DNA of 24,483 nt from Synechococcus sp. (GTDB lineage Bacteria; Cyanobacteriota; Cyanobacteriia; Thermostichales; PCC-7336): NCBI GenBank assembly GCA_051439605.1, contig JBFRWN010000001.1, forward strand, positions 1 to 24,483, read 5' to 3'. The notes below the pieces were generated by a model. It saw only the letters and a program-made list of their open reading frames with translations. It was not told the DNA's origin and did not search any database. Below are positions 19,131 through 24,483 of the stretch, piece after piece (position 1 is the first letter of the stretch; the number at the start of each line of letters is the position of its first letter). Made by a program: the position numbers and the translations under genes.

Positions 19131-21320
19131 ATGAGTTGCTTCAGTTGGCTGCATCTGACAGATCTGCATCAGGGAATGCAAGAACAGAACTGGCTTTGGC
19201 CAAGCGTAAAAGAAGTTTTTTTTAAGGATTTAGAGAGTCTGCATGAGAAATGTGGACCCTGGGATTTAGTCTTATTCACTGGCGATTTAACACAACGCGG
19301 TAGCAAAGAAGAATTTAATCGAATCGATGACATTCTAGAAGAACTATGGACACACTTAAAAAAGCTAGGTTCATCTCCGCAATTATTAGCTGTACCTGGC
19401 AATCATGACTTAGTTCGACCGAATTTTAAGGATCCCTGTGTTCGCTTGCTGAAACAATGGCCAGAGTTGCATGATATACAGGAAGAATTTTGGGAAGAAG
19501 CTGACTCTCCTTATCGTCAAGTCGTTACTACAGCATTTAAAAACTATGCTGAATGGTGGGAAAAACAACCCTTTAGAGCCAGGAAACTAAACGAAGGTAT
19601 TCTTCCCGGAGATTTTTCATTCACTTTTGAAAAAGAACAAGCAAAGCTGGGTGTTTTAGGTTTGAATACCAGTTTCCTTCAACTGACTAGTGATGACTAT
19701 GAAGGTAAACTTGCTATCCATGCCCGTCAGTTTCATCAAGCCTGTAGTGGAAATGGTGTTGATTGGGCAAAACAACATCATGTTTGCCTTCTGCTTACAC
19801 ATCACCCCCCTTCCTGGTTGACTACCGAGTCAAAACAAGATCTTAGGGGTGAGATTGTTGCTCACGGACGCTTTGCGGCTCATTTATGCGGTCATATGCA
19901 TGATGTTACTTTTCAAGATATTTCTGAGGGTGGCACTGAAGCAAGGCGGGTCTGGCAAGGAAGATCGCTATTTGGCCTAGAGTATTTAGGTAGTAATAAA
20001 GATGTGCAGCGTCTGCATGGCTATACAGCCGGAAGAATTGAACTCAGCGATAAAGCAGGTCAACTAATATTTTGGCCTCGGCAAGCTCTTCTGCAAGGAG
20101 GACAGAGAAAAATAGCACCAGATTACACCTTAGATTTAACAGACGATCAGCATATTAAACCTAGAAGCATTGAACTTCTGCAGCCATATGATGTTTTGAA
20201 GAGATTGAAGGAAGAAAAAGATGCTCGAAAGAAGAAAGACTCAGAATCTTTGAAACCACGAACAAGCTGCTATCCAATGGATCCAGACTCTAGATGTTTA
20301 GAGGGACCTAGAGGAAGTGTACCTTTAAAATCTGTATTTTATATTGAACGACCTGAGATTGAATCACTTTGTTATCAAGAAATCACTAATAGGGCTGCTC
20401 TCATACACATAAGAACCCCACTTGATATGGGAAAAACAACATTGTTGATAAGAATTTTAGATTATGCAAAGCAGCAGAGTTATAAAACCATCCTAATTTC
20501 ATTGGAACGTTTTGAAGAGAATACCTGCGCAGATTTAAATCTGTTCTTGCGACGATTCTGCGCTTTAGTCAGTCGTTCTTTAGGAATTTCACCCAAGAAA
20601 ATTGATGACTATTGGGATGAAGACTATTTTGGTCCTAATGATAATTGCATGGATTTTTTTGAACAATGCATCCTACCCTCAGTTGAGGAACCTTTGGTCA
20701 TGGCTCTGGATGATGTAGATGTTATATTTCCATATCAACGGAATGCCAAAGAGTTCCTTAAACTGATTCGCGTCTGGCATGAGCAAGCAAAAACAAACAA
20801 CATTTGGTCAAAGCTGCGTCTTGTTCTTGCTTACTCCACAGAACTTTATATTGAGATGGACACCCACTCATCTCCTTTTAATGTAGGAATAGAAATTAAT
20901 TTGCCAGAATTTACCTCCGATCAAGTTTTAGAAATAGCTAGGCGCTGTGGGCTGGACTGGAACGATACACAGGTCGATCGCTTAATGTCCTTAGTAGGTG
21001 GACATCCCTATTTGATTCGAGTTGCTCTCCATCAGGTTGCCTACTACAACAAGAACCTCGATCTCATTTTGCAGTCTGCCCCGACTGAAGGAGGCATTTA
21101 TGGTAACCACCTGAGACGTCATTTACGAAACTTACAACAACATCCAGAGCTCCTATCAGCTATGAGCACTGTAGTTAATTCTGAACATCCTGTGTGTTTA
21201 GATGCTAAAGCCGAATTTAATTTACATGCTATGGGACTAGTGGATTTCGATGGAAATGAGGTAAGACCACGATCTGAACTATATCGTCGCTATTTCCGAA
21301 AGCGATTAAAAGAGAACTAG
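19131..21320 (+). CDS. Calcineurin-like metallophosphoesterase fused to an AAA_35 (STAND-like) NTPase domain
   Basis: MPE motifs LTDLH, TGDL, PGNHD, THHP and GHMH. C-terminal AAA_35 motifs GSVPLKSVFYIER, MGKTT, LDDVD, SPFNVG, GGHPYL and LYRRYF. Confidence 0.9.
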   Translation: MSCFSWLHLTDLHQGMQEQNWLWPSVKEVFFKDLESLHEKCGPWDLVLFTGDLTQRGSKEEFNRIDDILEELWTHLKKLGSSPQLLAVPGNHDLVRPNFKDPCVRLLKQWPELHDIQEEFWEEADSPYRQVVTTAFKNYAEWWEKQPFRARKLNEGILPGDFSFTFEKEQAKLGVLGLNTSFLQLTSDDYEGKLAIHARQFHQACSGNGVDWAKQHHVCLLLTHHPPSWLTTESKQDLRGEIVAHGRFAAHLCGHMHDVTFQDISEGGTEARRVWQGRSLFGLEYLGSNKDVQRLHGYTAGRIELSDKAGQLIFWPRQALLQGGQRKIAPDYTLDLTDDQHIKPRSIELLQPYDVLKRLKEEKDARKKKDSESLKPRTSCYPMDPDSRCLEGPRGSVPLKSVFYIERPEIESLCYQEITNRAALIHIRTPLDMGKTTLLIRILDYAKQQSYKTILISLERFEENTCADLNLFLRRFCALVSRSLGISPKKIDDYWDEDYFGPNDNCMDFFEQCILPSVEEPLVMALDDVDVIFPYQRNAKEFLKLIRVWHEQAKTNNIWSKLRLVLAYSTELYIEMDTHSSPFNVGIEINLPEFTSDQVLEIARRCGLDWNDTQVDRLMSLVGGHPYLIRVALHQVAYYNKNLDLILQSAPTEGGIYGNHLRRHLRNLQQHPELLSAMSTVVNSEHPVCLDAKAEFNLHAMGLVDFDGNEVRPRSELYRRYFRKRLKEN

Positions 21321-21401
21321 AAAAGCATGATAAGCACAGTCTCTCAATCCAAATTCTGTCTTGCTTGACAAAAAGATATTGTTCTTAGCTGGGTTATCGC
21401 T

Positions 21402-24400
21402 ATGAATAGTAAACCTATTCCTACCCCCAAGCCAAAGCCTATCAAATATCATGTTGGCGGCAGTCTGTTGGCTGACGATTCAACTTATGTTGAGCGACAG
21501 GCAGATCGGGAACTCTATAAGTTTCTCAAGTCAGGGCAGTATTGCTATATATTCAATTCCCGCCAGATGGGTAAGTCGAGTGTTCGCGTAAGAGTGATGC
21601 AGAGATTACAATCTGAAGGAGTTGCTTGTGCAGCCATTGACCTTAGCGGCATTGGTAGTAGCAAAGAGGTTACACCTAAAAAGTGGTATGCAGCAGTTAT
21701 TAGAAACTTGATTGGTAGTTTCAATTTAACTGACAAAATAAATCCCCGTTTCTGGTTACGCGAGCGAGATTCATTTACATTTACAGAGCTCCTGGGAGAA
21801 TTCATCGAGAAAGTTCTCTTAGCAGAAGTCTCTCAACAAATTATTATCTTTTTTGATGAAATCGATAGCATCCTCAGCCTAAGAGATTTTGCTCGTGATG
21901 ATTTCTTTGCTTTTATTCGATCTTGTTATAATGTTCGGACAGATAAACCAGACTATCGCCGTTTGGCATTTGTTCTGATTGGGGTTGCCAATCCTTCAGA
22001 CTTAATGCGGGACAAAGGTCGTACCCCGTTTAATATTGGTCAAGCGATCGATCTGACTGGTTTTACGTTAGATGAAATTCGAGAACCATTAGGACAGGGA
22101 TTGGGTGAAAAAACAAACAATCCAGAAGCAGTCCTCAAAGAAATTTTATATTGGACCGGTGGCCAACCATTCCTAACTCAAAAAATTTGCGATTCGATCG
22201 TGAAATCAGAGTCACTGATTCCGGAAGGTGCAGAGAAGGAATGGGTTAAACAGTTAGTGCAAGATCGGATTTTGTATAAGTGGGAATCCCAGGATTATCC
22301 CGAGCACTTAAGAACTATTCGCGATCGTATCTTAAAAGATAATCCTCGCATCGGACGAATGCTGGGTATCTACAAGCAAATCTTACAACAGGGGAAAATA
22401 GAGGCCATTGAAAGTCTTGCAGAAATAGATTTACGTCTATCTGGTTTGGTTGTTAAGCAAGGAAATAAAATTCGGCCTCGTAACCGTATTTATCAAATCA
22501 TTTTTGATTTGGAATGGGTGGAGGGGCAATTAGATAATTTACGCCCCTATGCAGATAAAATCAATAAATGGATAGCTTCAGAATTTCAGGACACTTCCTT
22601 TCTGTTGCGAGATGAGGAATTGCAGCAGGCAAATGAATGGGCTATGGGGAAGAGCTTGAGCGTTAAAGACTATCATTTCCTTAGTGCCAGTCGTGAGCTA
22701 GAAAAAAGAAAAGTTGAAGCTGCTCTGAAAATAGAACGAGAGGCGAAAGATGCAGAGCAAAAGGCGAAAGAGTCTGAAAGAGAAGCCAAAGAAAAGATGG
22801 AAGTTGCTAACAAATATTTGTTGGAAGCCCAATGTAAGTATAGGCAGAAAGTAAGACTAGGCATAATTGTTCTGATTTTCTTTGTTATTTTTTCAGGAAC
22901 CATTTTTATAACAGCAGTTAAAATTACTGTTGCTTTGATTGCAAAACAACGACGCAATTTAGAAGATATATTTCCACTGACAGAAGCAGTGCTTGATTTT
23001 GCAGAAGATGAGGAGAATGCTTTGGCTAAGCTCTCTAATATTATAGAGGCCAATCCTGATAATGCTGCTGTATGGATTGTGCGAGGTGAATTTTTATCGC
23101 GAAAAGGAGAGCTAGAAGAAGCGCTTAGTCATTTTGAGGAAGCTATTGAGCGAGACTCCGATAACTTCGTTGCTTACTTTGGGTACGGCAATGCTCTGTT
23201 TGATAATGAACAATTTGAGGATTCTATTCTAGCCTACGATCTGGCTATTAAATATAAAGATGATTACCATCAAGCCTGGATGAACCGGGGTTTGGCTTTC
23301 GATCGACTGGAACAACCTATTGAGGCAGTCGCATCTTATAATCAAGCGCTGAAAATAGATGAGGACAATAATACAACAATTGCTGATCTAAAGCGGATGC
23401 TTGATAAGTTGATCGAGACTTTTCTAAGAGGTAGTTCTGATCAGATCTCCACTCAGCATAGAAGTTTTGGCACATTTGGTGAAGCCCAGGATTATCGTGA
23501 AGCCAAGACTCCTAGTGTAAATATCTCTATTTCTAATATCTCTATTTCTAATTTAGATCGAGATGAGGTTGAAGTCATTAAAGAAAGTACTCGTTTACTG
23601 GGGCAACTTGCAGCGGATGTCCAAGAGGAAGGGATTGGAAATGCGTTTCACTACCAAGGGTTTTCTTTCCTCTTGGCAGGGGAATATTCAGAGGCCATAG
23701 AACGATTTGATCGTGCATTGGATATTCATCCTATGTACTCAGAAAGCTACATTTTACGTGGCATGGCTCATTTATCCAATGGGTTTCGGGAGGATGCATA
23801 CGCAGATTTTATCCATGCAGTTGAGGATGCATTTGCAGATTTCAACCATGCAGTTGAGCTGGAACCTACTCTGGATACTGCTATTGTCAGACGCGGTCAT
23901 ACCCATCGCTTGAGTGAGCGCTATGAAGAGGCCTTAGCCGACTTCAACCGGGCTATCGAATTGGATAGCAAGTATTCTGAGGCATTCGCCGAGCGGGGTG
24001 AGACTTATCGCTTAACGAGGCGCTATGAAGAGGCCTTAGCCGACTTCAACCGGGCTATCGAATTGGATAGCGAGAATGCTTGGGCAATCGTTAGCCGCGG
24101 CCAAGCTTACCAAGCCATGGAGCGCTACGATGAAGCGCTAGAGGACTTTACTCGTGCGCTCGAACTGAACCCCAACTTGGATTGGGTCATTGCCGAACGG
24201 GGTGAGACTTATCGCTTAACGGAGCGCTATGAAGAGGCCTTAGCTGACTTCAACCGGGCTATCGAATTGGATAGCGAGTATGCCTGGGCAATTGGTAGCC
24301 GCGGCCAAGCTTACCGAGCCATGGAGCGCTACGATGAAGCGCTAGAGGACTTTACTCGTGCGCTCGAACTGAACTCCAACTTGGATTGGGTCATTGCTGA

Positions 24401-24483
24401 GCGGGGTGAGACTTATCGCTTAATGGGGCGCTACGAAGAGGCCCTCGCAGACTATAACCGAGCCATTGAACTTAACCCTGATG
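21402..24483 (+). CDS. AAA_35 NTPase - coiled coil - TM helix - TPR repeat protein (>1027 aa; 3' end outside the window; absent from the ORF track)
   Basis: ATG 21402: MNSKP...YHVGGSL...YVERQAD, Walker [10 protein letters not shown], Walker B IFFDEID, TPFNIG and WTGGQPFLT. Hydrophobic segment [20 protein letters not shown] at ~22860-22920, then TPRs ([25 protein letters not shown]). The frame was spot-checked at several points and is consistent. Confidence 0.92.
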   Translation, partial: MNSKPIPTPKPKPIKYHVGGSLLADDSTYVERQADRELYKFLKSGQYCYIFNSRQMGKSSVRVRVMQRLQSEGVACAAIDLSGIGSSKEVTPKKWYAAVIRNLIGSFNLTDKINPRFWLRERDSFTFTELLGEFIEKVLLAEVSQQIIIFFDEIDSILSLRDFARDDFFAFIRSCYNVRTDKPDYRRLAFVLIGVANPSDLMRDKGRTPFNIGQAIDLTGFTLDEIREPLGQGLGEKTNNPEAVLKEILYWTGGQPFLTQKICDSIVKSESLIPEGAEKEWVKQLVQDRILYKWESQDYPEHLRTIRDRILKDNPRIGRMLGIYKQILQQGKIEAIESLAEIDLRLSGLVVKQGNKIRPRNRIYQIIFDLEWVEGQLDNLRPYADKINKWIASEFQDTSFLLRDEELQQANEWAMGKSLSVKDYHFLSASRELEKRKVEAALKIEREAKDAEQKAKESEREAKEKMEVANKYLLEAQCKYRQKVRLGIIVLIFFVIFSGTIFITAVKITVALIAKQRRNLEDIFPLTEAVLDFAEDEENALAKLSNIIEANPDNAAVWIVRGEFLSRKGELEEALSHFEEAIERDSDNFVAYFGYGNALFDNEQFEDSILAYDLAIKYKDDYHQAWMNRGLAFDRLEQPIEAVASYNQALKIDEDNNTTIADLKRMLDKLIETFLRGSSDQISTQHRSFGTFGEAQDYREAKTPSVNISISNISISNLDRDEVEVIKESTRLLGQLAADVQEEGIGNAFHYQGFSFLLAGEYSEAIERFDRALDIHPMYSESYILRGMAHLSNGFREDAYADFIHAVEDAFADFNHAVELEPTLDTAIVRRGHTHRLSERYEEALADFNRAIELDSKYSEAFAERGETYRLTRRYEEALADFNRAIELDSENAWAIVSRGQAYQAMERYDEALEDFTRALELNPNLDWVIAERGETYRLTERYEEALADFNRAIELDSEYAWAIGSRGQAYRAMERYDEALEDFTRALELNSNLDWVIAERGETYRLMGRYEEALADYNRAIELNPD
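23918..24483 (+). repeat. Near-identical TPR-coding tandem repeats (102-bp units, 204-bp higher-order period)
   Basis: ga(g/a)cggggtgagacttatcgcttaa at 23991, 24195 and 24399; cgctatgaagaggccttagccgacttcaaccgggctatcgaattggatagc recurs at 102- and 204-bp spacings. Confidence 0.92.

Noticed and set aside
23918..24483. CRISPR-like periodicity
   Set aside because: Repeats are in-frame 102/204-bp TPR-coding units without unique spacers.

Overview
Cyanobacterial chromosomal window: HIP1 (GCGATCGC) is frequent in the core block, and efp-accB, ycf46 and AAA_35 proteins are present. It has three zones. (1) 1-6.46 kb: the 3' end of an aldo/keto reductase, a small hypothetical gene and a peptide-export locus (double-glycine precursor with a 4-Cys core, C39 peptidase ABC transporter, HlyD). 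The locus is bracketed by two diverged direct copies of a ~147-bp non-coding element. (2) 6.46-14.73 kb: housekeeping genes wecB, gmk, aroE, accB, efp, a THUMP RNA methyltransferase, a NifP-like cysE and ycf46. (3) 14.73-24.48 kb: an accessory block with no HIP1 site that I could find. It holds a CxxC hypothetical protein, a pentapeptide-repeat protein, an unannotated 48-aa secreted His/Cys peptide and a frameshifted pseudogene. It ends in a paired AAA_35/STAND-like system: metallophosphoesterase-AAA_35, then AAA_35-coiled coil-TM-TPR, which runs off the window and has near-identical 204-bp repeats. All family assignments come from motif recognition by eye, and all counts are manual.
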